Part shown: positions 47,301 to 61,100 of the stretch, one piece after another | Layout: each line of letters begins with the position of its first letter | Position numbering within the stretch: position 1 is the stretch's first letter | Origin: Eledone cirrhosa | Lineage: Eukaryota | Direction: 5' to 3' | DNA: 64,000 bases | Assembly: GCA_964016885.1 (NCBI GenBank) | Contig: OZ024740.1 | Location: 438,712,001 to 438,776,000 of the forward strand | Position numbers and translations under genes: made by a program | Notes under the pieces: generated by a model | Told to the model about the DNA's origin: nothing | Seen by the model: only the letters and a program-made list of their open reading frames with translations | Databases searched by the model: none

Positions 47301-50300
47301 TATGTTAGATATGTTACATATGTAAGATATGTTAAATATGTTAGACATGTTAGATATGTTAGATATGTTAGATATGTTAGATATTTTAGATATGTTAGAT
47401 ATGTTAGACATGTTAGATATGTTAGATATGTTAGACATGTTAGATATGTTAGATATGTTAGATATGTTAGATATGTTAGATATGTTATATATGTTAGATA
47501 AGTTAGATATGTTAGATATGTTAGACATGTTAGATATGTTAGATATGTTAGATATGTTAGATATGTTACATATGTTAGATATGTTAGATATGTTATATAT
47601 GTTAGATAAGTTAGATATGTTAGATATGTTAGACATGTTAGATATGTTAGATATGTTAGATATGTTAGACATGTTAGATATGTTAGATATGTTAGATATG
47701 TTAGATATGTTATATATGTTAGATATGTTAGATATGTTAGATATGTTAGACACGTTAGAGATGTTAGATATGTTAGACATGTTAGATATGTTAGATATGT
47801 TAGATATGTTAGATATGTTAGATATGTTAGATATGATAGATATGTTAGATTTGTTAGAGATGTTAGATATGTTAGATATGTTAGACATGTTAGACATATT
47901 AGATATGTTAGATATGTTAGATATATAAGATATGTTAGATTTGTTAGAGATGTTAGATATGTTAGATATGTTAGACATGTTAGACATATTAGATATGTTA
48001 GATATGTTAGATATGTAAGATATGTTAAATATGTTTGACATGTTAGATATGTTAGATATGTTAGATATGTTAGATATGTTAGACATGTTAGATATGTTAG
48101 ATATGTTAGACATGTTAGATATGTTAGATATGTTAGATATGTTAGATATGTTAGATATGTTATATATGTTAGATAAGTTAGATATGTTAGATATGTTAGA
48201 TATGTTAGACATGTTAGATATGTTAGATATGTTAGATACGTTAGACATGTTAGATATGTTAGATATGTTAGATATGTTAGATATGTTAAATATGTTAGAT
48301 ATGTTAGATATGTTAGATATGTTAGACACGTTAGAGATGTTAGATATGTTAGACATGTTAGATATGTTAGATATGTTAGATATGTTAGATATGTTAGATA
48401 TGTTAGATATGATAGATATGTTAGATTTGTTAGAGATGTTAGATATGTTAGATATGTTAGACATGTTAGACATATTAGATATGTTAGATATGTTAGATAT
48501 GTAAGATATGTTAAATATGTTAGACATGTTAGATATGTTAGATATGTTAGATATGTTAGATATGTTAGATATGTTATATATGTTAGATAAGTTAGATATG
48601 TTAGATATGTTAGACATGTTAGATATGTTAGATATGTTAGATATGTTAGATATGTTAGATATGTTAGACATGTTTGATATGTTAGATATGTTAGACATGT
48701 TAGCTACGTTAGATATATTAGATATGTTAGACATGTTAGATATGTTAGATATGTTAGATATGTTAGATATTTTAGATATGTTAAATATGTTAGATATGTT
48801 AGATATGTTAGATATGTTAGACACGTTAGAGATGTTAGATATGTTAGACATGTTAGATATGTTAGATATGTTAGATATGTTAGATATGTTAGATTTGTTA
48901 GAGATGTTAGATATGTTAGATATGTTAGACATGTTAGACATATTAGATATGTTAGATATGTTAGATATGTTAGATATGTTAAATATGTTAGACATGTTAG
49001 ATATGTTAGATATGTTAGATGTTAGATATGTTAGATATGTTAGATATGTTAGACATGTTAGATATGTTAGATATGTTAGACATGTTAGATATGTTAGATA
49101 TGTTAGATATGTTAGATATGTTAGATATGTTAGATATGTTAGATTTGTTAGAGATGTTAGATATGTTAGATATGTTAGACATGTTAGACATATTAGATAT
49201 GAAGATATGTTAGATATGTTAGATATGTTAAATATGTTAGATATGTTAGACATGTTAGATATGTTAGATATGTTAGATATGTTAGATATGTTAGATATGT
49301 TATATATGTTAGATAAGTTAGATATGTTAGATATGTTAGACATGTTAGATATGTTAGATATGTTAGATTTGTTAGAGATGTTAGATATGTTAGATATGTT
49401 AGACATGTTAGACATATTAGATATGTAGATATGTTAGATATGTTAGATATGTTAAATATGTTAGATATGTTAGACATGTTAGATATGTTAGATATGTTAG
49501 ATATGTTAGATATGTTAGATATGTTATATATGTTAGATAAGTTAGATATGTTAGATATGTTAGACATGTTAGATATGTTAGATATGTAAGATATGTTAGA
49601 TATGTTAGATATGTTAGATATGTTAGATATGTTAGACACGTTAGAGATGTTAGATATGTTAGACATGTTAGATATGTTAGATATGTTAGATATGTTAGAT
49701 ATGTTAGATATGTTAGATTTGTTAGAGATGTTAGATATGTTAGATATGTTAGACATGTTAGACATATTAGATATGTTAGATATGTTAGATATGTTAGATA
49801 TGTTAAATATGTTAGACATGTTAGATATGTTAGATATGTTAGATGTTAGATATGTTAGATATGTTAGATATGTTAGACATGTTAGATATGTTAGATATGT
49901 TAGACATGTTAGATATGTTAGATATGTTAGATATGTTAGATATGTTAGATATGTTATATATGTTAGATAAGTTAGATATGTTAGATATGTTAGACATGTT
50001 AGATATGTTAGATATGTTAGATATGTTAGATATGTTAGATATGTTAGATATGTTAGATATGTTAGATATTTTAGATTTGTTAGAGATGTTAGATATGTTA
50101 GATATGTTAGACATGTTAGACATATTAGATATGTTAGATATGTTAGATATGTTAGATATGTTAAATATGTTAGATATGTTAGACATGTTATATATGTTAG
50201 ATATGTTAGATATGTTAGATATGTTAGATATGTTATATATGTTAGATAAGTTAGATATGTTAGATATGTTAGACATGTTAGATATGTTAGATATGTAAGA

Positions 50301-51890
50301 TATGTTAGATATGTTAGATATGTTAGATATGTTAGATATGTTAGATATGTTAGACATGTTAGATATGTTAGATATGTTAGACATGTTAGATATGTTAGAC
50401 ATGTTAGATATGTTAGATATGTTAGATATGTTAGACATGTTAGATATGTTAGATATGTTAGATATGTTAGATATGTTATGTTAGATATGTTAGATATGTT
50501 AGATATGTTAAACATGTTAGATATGTTAGACATGTTAGATATGCTAGACATGTTAGAGATGTTAGATATGTTAGATATGTTAGACATGTTAGACATGTTA
50601 GATATGTTAGATATGTTAGATATGTTAGATATGTTAGATATGTTAAATATGTTAGATATGTTAGATATGTTAGACACGTTAGAGATGTTAGATATGTTAG
50701 ACATGTTAGATATGTTAGATATGTTAGATATGTTAGATATGTTAGATATGTTAGATATGATAGATATGTTAGATTTGTTAGAGATGTTAGATATGTTAGA
50801 TATGTTAGACATGTTAGACATATTAGATATGTTAGATATGTTAGATATGTAAGATATGTTAAATATGTTAGACATGTTAGATATGTTAGATATGTTAGAC
50901 ATGTTAGATATGTTAGATATGTTAGACATGTTAGATATGTTAGATATGTTAGATATGTTAGATATGTTAGATATGTTATATATGTTAGATAAGTTAGATA
51001 TGTTAGATATGTTAGACATGTTAGATATGTTAGATATGTTAGATATGTTAGATATGTTACATATGTTAGATATGTTAGATATGTTAGATATGTTAGACAT
51101 GTTAGATATGTTAGATATGTTAGACATGTTAGATATGTTAGACATGTTAGATATGTTAGATATGTTAGATATGTTAGACATGTTAGATATGTTAGACATG
51201 TTAGATATGTTAGACATTTTAGACATGTAAGATATGTTAGATATGTTAGACATGTTAGATATGTTAGATATGTTAGATATATTAGATATGTTAGATATGT
51301 TAGATATATTAGATATGTTAGATATGTTAGATATGTTAGATATGTTAGACATGTTAGATATGTTAGATATGCTAGACATGTTAGATATGTTAGATATGTT
51401 AGACAGGTTAGATATGTTAGACATGCTAGATATGTTAGACATGTTTGATATGTTAGACATGATATATATGTTAGATATGTTAGATATGTTATATATGTTA
51501 GATATGTTAGACATGTTAGATATGTTAGATATGTTAGATATGTTGGATATGTTATGTTAGATATGTTAGATATGTTAGATATGTTAAACAAGTTAGATAT
51601 GTTAGACATGTTAGATATGCTAGACATGTTAGAGATGTTAGATATGTTAGATATGTTAGACATGTTAGACATGTTAGATATGTTAGATATGTTAGACATA
51701 TTAGATATGTTAGATATGTTAGATATGTTGGATATGTTATGTTAGATGTATTAGATATGTTAGATATGTTAGATATGTTAGATATGTTAGATATGTTAGA
51801 TATGTTAGACATGTTAGACATGTTAGATATGTTAGATATGTTAGATATGTTAGATATGTTAGATACGTTAGATATATTAGATATGTTAGA
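41338..51890 (+). repeat. Older, diverged ~5.6 kb tandem HOR (41338-46909 vs 46910 to ~51890)
   Basis: ORF starts 41343/46915 (+5572), 43339/49019 (+5680), 43922/49593 and 44807/50478 (+5671), 45973/51554 and 46158/51739 (+5581). Both copies share the CTAGACATTTTAGAG header variant and paired 8-bp deletion monomers. Confidence 0.8.
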
Positions 51891-54450
51891 CATGTTAGAT
51901 ATGTTAGATATGTTAGATTTGTTAGAGATGTTAGATATGTTAGATATGTTAGACATGTTAGACATATTAGATATGTAGATATGTTAGATATGTTAGATAT
52001 GTTAAATATGTTAGATATGTTAGACATGTTAGATATGTTAGATATGTTAGATATGTTAGATATGTTAGATATGTTATATATGTTAGATAAGTTAGATATG
52101 TTAGATATGTTAGACATGTTAGATATGTTAGATATGTAAGATATGTTAGATATGTTAGATATGTTAGATATGTTAGATATGTTAGACACGTTAGAGATGT
52201 TAGATATGTTAGACATGTTAGATATGTTAGATATGTTAGATATGTTAGATATGTTAGATATGTTAGATTTGTTAGAGATGTTAGATATGTTAGATATGTT
52301 AGACATGTTAGACATATTAGATATGTTAGATATGTTAGATATGTTAGATATGTTAAATATGTTAGACATGTTAGATATGTTAGATATGTTAGATGTTAGA
52401 TATGTTAGATATGTTAGATATGTTAGACATGTTAGATATGTTAGATATGTTAGACATGTTAGATATGTTAGATATGTTAGATATGTTAGATATGTTAGAT
52501 ATGTTATATATGTTAGATAAGTTAGATATGTTAGATATGTTAGACATGTTAGATATGTTAGATATGTTAGATATGTTAGATATGTTAGATATGTTAGATA
52601 TGTTAGATATGTTAGATATTTTAGATTTGTTAGAGATGTTAGATATGTTAGATATGTTAGACATGTTAGACATATTAGATATGTTAGATATGTTAGATAT
52701 GTTAGATATGTTAAATATGTTAGATATGTTAGACATGTTATATATGTTAGATATGTTAGATATGTTAGATATGTTAGATATGTTATATATGTTAGATAAG
52801 TTAGATATGTTAGATATGTTAGACATGTTAGATATGTTAGATATGTAAGATATGTTAGATATGTTAGATATGTTAGATATGTTAGATATGTTAGATATGT
52901 TAGACATGTTAGATATGTTAGATATGTTAGACATGTTAGATATGTTAGACATGTTAGATATGTTAGATATGTTAGATATGTTAGACATGTTAGATATGTT
53001 AGATATGTTAGATATGTTAGATATGTTATGTTAGATATGTTACATATGTTAGATATGTTAAACATGTTAGATATGTTAGACATGTTAGATATGCTAGACA
53101 TGTTAGAGATGTTAGATATGTTAGATATGTTAGACATGTTAGACATGTTAGATATGTTAGATATGTTAGATATGTTAGATATGTTAGATATGTTAAATAT
53201 GTTAGATATGTTAGATATGTTAGACACGTTAGAGATGTTAGATATGTTAGACATGTTAGATATGTTAGATATGTTAGATATGTTAGATATGTTAGATATG
53301 TTAGATATGATAGATATGTTAGATTTGTTAGAGATGTTAGATATGTTAGATATGTTAGACATGTTAGACATATTAGATATGTTAGATATGTTAGATATGT
53401 AAGATATGTTAAATATGTTAGACATGTTAGATATGTTAGATATGTTAGACATGTTAGATATGTTAGATATGTTAGACATGTTAGATATGTTAGATATGTT
53501 AGATATGTTAGATATGTTAGATATGTTATATATGTTAGATAAGTTAGATATGTTAGATATGTTAGACATGTTAGATATGTTAGATATGTTAGATATGTTA
53601 GATATGTTACATATGTTAGATATGTTAGATATGTTAGATATGTTAGACATGTTAGATATGTTAGATATGTTAGACATGTTAGATATGTTAGACATGTTAG
53701 ATATGTTAGATATGTTAGATATGTTAGACATGTTAGATATGTTAGACATGTTAGATATGTTAGACATTTTAGACATGTAAGATATGTTAGATATGTTAGA
53801 CATGTTAGATATGTTAGATATGTTAGATATATTAGATATGTTAGATATGTTAGATATATTAGATATGTTAGATATGTTAGATATGTTAGATATGTTAGAC
53901 ATGTTAGATATGTTAGATATGCTAGACATGTTAGATATGTTAGATATGTTAGACAGGTTAGATATGTTAGACATGCTAGATATGTTAGACATGTTTGATA
54001 TGTTAGACATGATATATATGTTAGATATGTTAGATATGTTATATATGTTAGATATGTTATATATGTTAGATATGTTAGACATGTTAGATATGTTAGATAT
54101 GTTAGATATGTTGGATATGTTATGTTAGATATGTTAGATATGTTAGATATGTTAAACAAGTTAGATATGTTAGACATGTTAGATATGCTAGACATGTTAG
54201 AGATGTTAGATATGTTAGATATGTTAGACATGTTAGACATGTTAGATATGTTAGATATGTTAGACATATTAGATATGTTAGATATGTTAGATATGTTGGA
54301 TATGTTATGTTAGATGTATTAGATATGTTAGATATGTTAGATATGTTAGATATGTTAGATATGTTAGATATGTTAGACATGTTAGACATGTTAGATATGT
54401 TAGATATGTTAGATATGTTAGATATGTTAGATACGTTAGATATATTAGAT
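49345..54450 (+). repeat. Tandem duplication with 2,550/2,568-bp period
   Basis: ORFs 49593/52143, 49843/52393, 50302/52852, 50478/53028, 50856/53406 and 51234/53784 are offset by +2550. ORFs 51554/54122 and 51739/54307 are offset by +2568 after a 2-monomer gain. Confidence 0.93.
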
Positions 54451-54769
54451 ATGTTAGATATGTTAGATATGTTAGACATGTTAGATATGTTAGATATGTT
54501 AGACATGTTAGATATGTTAGACATGTTAGATATGTTAGACATGTTAGATATGTTAGACATGTTAGATATGTTAGATGTGTTAGACAGGTTAGATATGTTA
54601 GACATGTTAGATATTTTAGATATGTGAGATATGTTAGACATGTTAGACATGTTAGACATGTTAGACATGTTAGATATGTTAGATATGTTAGACATGTTAG
54701 ACATGTTAGATATGTTAGATATGTTAGACATGTTAGATATGTTAGACATGTTAGACATGTTAGATATGT

Positions 54770-57700
54770 TAGATATGTTAGACATGTTAGATATGTTAGA
54801 CATGTTAGATATGCTAGACATGTTAGATATGTTAGATATGTTAGACATGTTAGATATGTTAGACATGTTTGATATGTTAGATATGTTAGATATTTTATAT
54901 ATGTTAGATATGTTATATATGTTAGATATGTTACACATGTTAGTGGTGTTAGACATGTTAGATATGTTAGATATGTTAGACATGTTAGTGGTGTTAGACA
55001 TGTTAGATATGTTAGATATGTTAGATATGTTAGATATGTTAGATATGTTAGACATGTTAGATATGTTAGATATGTTACACATGTTAGATATGTTAGATAT
55101 GTTAGATATGTTAGATATGTTATGTTAGATATGTTAGATATGTTAGATATGTTAGACATGTTAGATATGTTAGACATGTTAGATATGCTAGACATGTTAG
55201 AGATGTTAGATATGTTAGATATGTTAGACATGTAAGACATGTTAGATATGTTAGATATGTTAGACATGTTAGATATGTTAGATATGTTAGATATGTTAGA
55301 CATGTTAGATATGTTAGATATGTTAGATATGTTAGATATGTTAGATATGTTAAATATGTTAGATATGTTAGATATGTTAGATATTTTAGACATGTTAGAG
55401 ATGTTAGATATGTTAGACATGTTAGATAAGTTAGATATGTTAGATATTTTAGATATGTTAGATATGTCAGATATGTTAGATATGTTAGATATGTTAGATA
55501 TGTTAGACATGTTAGAGATGTTAGATATGTTAGAGATGTTAGATATGTTAGATATGTTAGATATGTTAGATATGTTAGATATGTTAGATATGTTAGATAT
55601 GTTAGATATGTTAGAGATGTTAGATATGTTAGATATGTTAGATATGTTAGATATGTTAGAGATGTTAGATATGTTAGATATGTTAGATATGTTAGATATG
55701 TTAGAGATGTTAGATATGTTAGATATGTTAGACATGTTAGACATGTTAGATATGTTAGATATGTTAGACATGTTAGATATGTTAGATATGTTAGATATGT
55801 TAGATATGTTAGATATGTTAGACATATTAGACATGTTAGACATGTTAGACATGTTAGACATGTTAGACATGTTAGATATGTTAGATATGTTAGACATGTT
55901 ATGTTAGATATGCTAGATATGTTAGACATGTTAGATATGTTAGACATGTTAGATATGTTATGTTAGATTTGTTAGATATGTTATGTTAGATATGTTAGAT
56001 ATGTTAGATATGTTAGATATGTTAGACATGTTAGATATGTTAGATATGTTAGATATGTTAGATATGTTAGATATGTTAAATACGTTAGACATGTTAGATA
56101 TGTTAGATATGTTAGATATGTTAGATATGTTATGTTAGATATGTTAGATATGTTATGTTAGATATGTTAGATGTGTTATGTTTGATATGTTAGACATGTT
56201 AGATATGTTAGATATGTTAGATATGTTATGTTAGACATGTTAGATATGTTATGTTAGATATGTTAGACATGTAAGATATGTTATGTTAGATATGTTAGAC
56301 ATGTTAGATATGTTAGATATGTTAGATATGTTACGTGAGATATGTTAGATATGTTAGACATGTTAGATATGTTAGATATGTTAGATATGTTAGATATGTT
56401 AGATATGTTAGATATGTTAGAGATGTTAGATATGTCAGATATGTTAGACATATTAGATATGTTAGATATGTTAGATATGTTAGATATGTTAAATATGTTA
56501 GACATGTTAGATATGTTAGATATGTTAGATGTTAGATATGTTACATATGTTAGATATGTTAGACATGTTAGATATGTTAGATATGTTAGACATGTTAGAT
56601 ATGTTAGATATGTTAGATATGTTAGATATGTTAGATATGTTATATATGTTAGATAAGTTAGATATGTTAGATATGTTAGACATGTTAGATATGTTAGATA
56701 TGTTAGATATGTTAGATATGTTAGATATGTTAGATATGTTAGATATGTTAGATATGTTAGATTTGTTAGAGATGTTAGATATGTTAGATATGTTAGACAT
56801 GTTAGACATATTAGATATGTTAGATATGTTAGATATGTTAGATATGTTAAATATGTTAGATATGTTAGACATGTTAGATATGTTAGATATGTTAGATATG
56901 TTAGATATGTTAGATATGTTATATATGTTAGATAAGTTAGATATGTTAGATATGTTAGACATGTTAGATATGTTAGATATGTAAGATATGTTAGATATGT
57001 TAGATATGTTAGATATGTTAGATATGTTAGATATGTTAGACATGTTAGATATGTTAGATATGTTAGACATGTTAGATATGTTAGACATGTTAGATATGTT
57101 AGATATGTTAGATATGTTAGACATGTTAGATATGTTAGATATGTTAGATATGTTAGATATGTTATGTTAGATATGTTAGATATGTTAGATATGTTAAACA
57201 TGTTAGATATGTTAGACATGTTAGATATGCTAGACATGTTAGAGATGTTAGATATGTTAGATATGTTAGACATGTTAGACATGTTAGATATGTTAGATAT
57301 GTTAGACATGTTAGATATGTTAGATATGTTAGATATGTTAGACATGTTAGATATGTTATATATGTTAGATATGTTAGATATGTTAGATATGTTAAATATG
57401 TTAGATATGTTAGATATGTTAGATATGTTAGACACGTTAGAGATGTTAGATATGTTAGACATGTTAGATATGTTAGATATGTTAGATATGTTAGATATGT
57501 TAGATATGTTAGATATGATAGATATGTTAGATTTGTTAGAGATGTTAGATATGTTAGATATGTTAGACATGTTAGACATATTAGATATGTTAGATATGTT
57601 AGATATGTAAGATATGTTAAATATGTTAGACATGTTAGATATGTTAGATATGTTAGACATGTTAGATATGTTAGATATGTTAGATATGTTAGATATGTTA

Positions 57701-60700
57701 GATATGTTATATATGTTAGATAAGTTAGATATGTTAGATATGTTATATATGTTAGACATGTTAGATATGTTCGATATGTTAGATATGTTAGATATGTTAG
57801 ATATGTTATATATGTTAGATAAGTTAGATATGTTAGATATGTTAGACATGTTAGATATGTTATATATGTTAGACATGTTAGATATGTTCGATATGTTAGA
57901 TATGTTAGATATGTTAGATATGTTATATATGTTAGATAAGTTAGATATGTTAGATATGTTAGACATGTTAGATATGTTAGACATGTTAGATATGCTAGAC
58001 ATGTTAGATATGTTAGATATGTTAGACATGTTAGATATGTTAGACATGTTTGATATGTTAGATATGTTAGATATTTTATATATGTTAGATATGTTATATA
58101 TGTTAGATATGTTACACATGTTAGTGGTGTTAGACATGTTAGATATGTTAGATATGTTAGACATGTTAGTGGTGTTAGACATGTTAGATATGTTAGATAT
58201 GTTAGATATGTTAGATATGTTAGATATGTTAGACATGTTAGATATGTTAGATATGTTACACATGTTAGATATGTTAGATATGTTAGATATGTTAGATATG
58301 TTATGTTAGATATGTTAGATATGTTAGATATGTTAGACATGTTAGATATGTTAGACATGTTAGATATGCTAGACATGTTAGAGATGTTAGATATGTTAGA
58401 TATGTTAGACATGTAAGACATGTTAGATATGTTAGATATGTTAGACATGTTAGATATGTTAGATATGTTAGATATGTTAGACATGTTAGATATGTTAGAT
58501 ATGTTAGATATGTTAGATATGTTAGATATGTTAAATATGTTAGATATGTTAGATATGTTAGATATTTTAGACATGTTAGAGATGTTAGATATGTTAGACA
58601 TGTTAGATAAGTTAGATATGTTAGATATGTTAGATATGTTAGATATGTTAGACATGTTAGAGATGTTAGATATGTTAGAGATGTTAGATATGTTAGATAT
58701 GTTAGATATGTTAGATATGTTAGATATGTTAGATATGTTAGATATGTTAGATATGTTAGAGATGTTAGATATGTTAGATATGTTAGATATGTTAGATATG
58801 TTAGAGATGTTAGATATGTTAGATATGTTAGATATGTTAGATATGTTAGAGATGTTAGATATGTTAGATATGTTAGACATGTTAGACATGTTAGATATGT
58901 TGGATATGTTAGACATGTTAGATATGTTAGATATGTTAGATATGTTAGATATGTTAGATATGTTAGACATATTAGACATGTTAGACATGTTAGACATGTT
59001 AGACATGTTAGACATGTTAGATATGTTAGATATGTTAGACATGTTATGTTAGATATGCTAGATATGTTAGACATGTTAGATATGTTAGACATGTTAGATA
59101 TGTTATGTTAGATTTGTTAGATATGTTATGTTAGATATGTTAGATATGTTAGATATGTTAGATATGTTAGACATGTTAGATATGTTAGATATGTTAGATA
59201 TGTTAGATATGTTAGATATGTTAAATACGTTAGACATGTTAGATATGTTAGATATGTTAGATATGTTAGATATGTTATGTTAGATATGTTAGATATGTTA
59301 TGTTAGATATGTTAGATGTGTTATGTTTGATATGTTAGACATGTTAGATATGTTAGATATGTTAGATATGTTATGTTAGACATGTTAGATATGTTATGTT
59401 AGATATGTTAGACATGTAAGATATGTTATGTTAGATATGTTAGACATGTTAGATATGTTAGATATGTTAGATATGTTACGTGAGATATGTTAGATATGTT
59501 AGACATGTTAGATATGTTAGATATGTTAGATATGTTAGATATGTTAGATATGTTAGATATGTTAGAGATGTTAGATATGTCAGATATGTTAGACATATTA
59601 GATATGTTAGATATGTTAGATATGTTAGATATGTTAAATATGTTAGACATGTTAGATATGTTAGATATGTTAGATGTTAGATATGTTACATATGTTAGAT
59701 ATGTTAGACATGTTAGATATGTTAGATATGTTAGACATGTTAGATATGTTAGATATGTTAGATATGTTAGATATGTTAGATATGTTATATATGTTAGATA
59801 AGTTAGATATGTTAGATATGTTAGACATGTTAGATATGTTCGATATGTTAGATATGTTAGATATGTTAGATATGTTAGATATGTTAGATATGTTAGATAT
59901 GTTAGATTTGTTAGAGATGTTAGATATGTTAGATATGTTAGACATGTTAGACATATTAGATATGTTAGATATGTTAGATATGTTAGATATGTTAAATATG
60001 TTAGATATGTTAGACATGTTAGATATGTTAGATATGTTAGATATGTTAGATATGTTAGATATGTTATATATGTTAGATAAGTTAGATATGTTAGATATGT
60101 TAGACATGTTAGATATGTTAGATATGTAAGATATGTTAGATATGTTAGATATGTTAGATATGTTAGATATGTTAGATATGTTAGACATGTTAGATATGTT
60201 AGATATGTTAGACATGTTAGATATGTTAGACATGTTAGATATGTTAGATATGTTAGATATGTTAGACATGTTAGATATGTTAGATATGTTAGATATGTTA
60301 GATATGTTATGTTAGATATGTTAGATATGTTAGATATGTTAAACATGTTAGATATGTTAGACATGTTAGATATGCTAGACATGTTAGAGATGTTAGATAT
60401 GTTAGATATGTTAGACATGTTAGACATGTTAGATATGTTAGATATGTTAGACATGTTAGATATGTTAGATATGTTAGATATGTTAGACATGTTAGATATG
60501 TTATATATGTTAGATATGTTAGATATGTTAGATATGTTAAATATGTTAGATATGTTAGATATGTTAGATATGTTAGACACGTTAGAGATGTTAGATATGT
60601 TAGACATGTTAGATATGTTAGATATGTTAGATATGTTAGATATGTTAGATATGTTAGATATGATAGATATGTTAGATTTGTTAGAGATGTTAGATATGTT

Positions 60701-61100
60701 AGATATGTTAGACATGTTAGACATATTAGATATGTTAGATATGTTAGATATGTAAGATATGTTAAATATGTTAGACATGTTAGATATGTTAGATATGTTA
60801 GACATGTTAGATATGTTAGATATGTTAGATATGTTAGATATGTTAGATATGTTATATATGTTAGATAAGTTAGATATGTTAGATATGTTATATATGTTAG
60901 ACATGTTAGATATGTTCGATATGTTAGATATGTTAGATATGTTAGATATGTTATATATGTTAGATAAGTTAGATATGTTAGATATGTTAGACATGTTAGA
61001 TATGTTATATATGTTAGACATGTTAGATATGTTCGATATGTTAGATATGTTAGATATGTTATATATGTTATATATGTTAGATAAGTTAGATATGTTAGAT
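54770..61100 (+). repeat. Tandem duplication with 3,181/3,145-bp period
   Basis: GTGGTG markers 54943/58124 and 54988/58169 are offset by +3181. ORFs 56335/59480, 56529/59674, 56988/60133, 57164/60309 and 57614/60759 are offset by +3145. Confidence 0.93.
55896..56341 (+). repeat. Cluster of ten 5-bp truncated monomers (ATGTT/GTGTT); copies at 59041-59486 and about 63367-63826
   Basis: Truncated monomers start at 55896, 55955, 55978, 56127, 56150, 56173, 56223, 56246, 56278 and 56328. Confidence 0.9.

Noticed and set aside
56331-56340. TACGTG (HIF/G-box-like motif) in TTACGTGAGA
   Set aside because: There are only three copies, all from one duplicated block, with no nearby gene. It is explained as a two-substitution monomer after a 5-bp deletion monomer.
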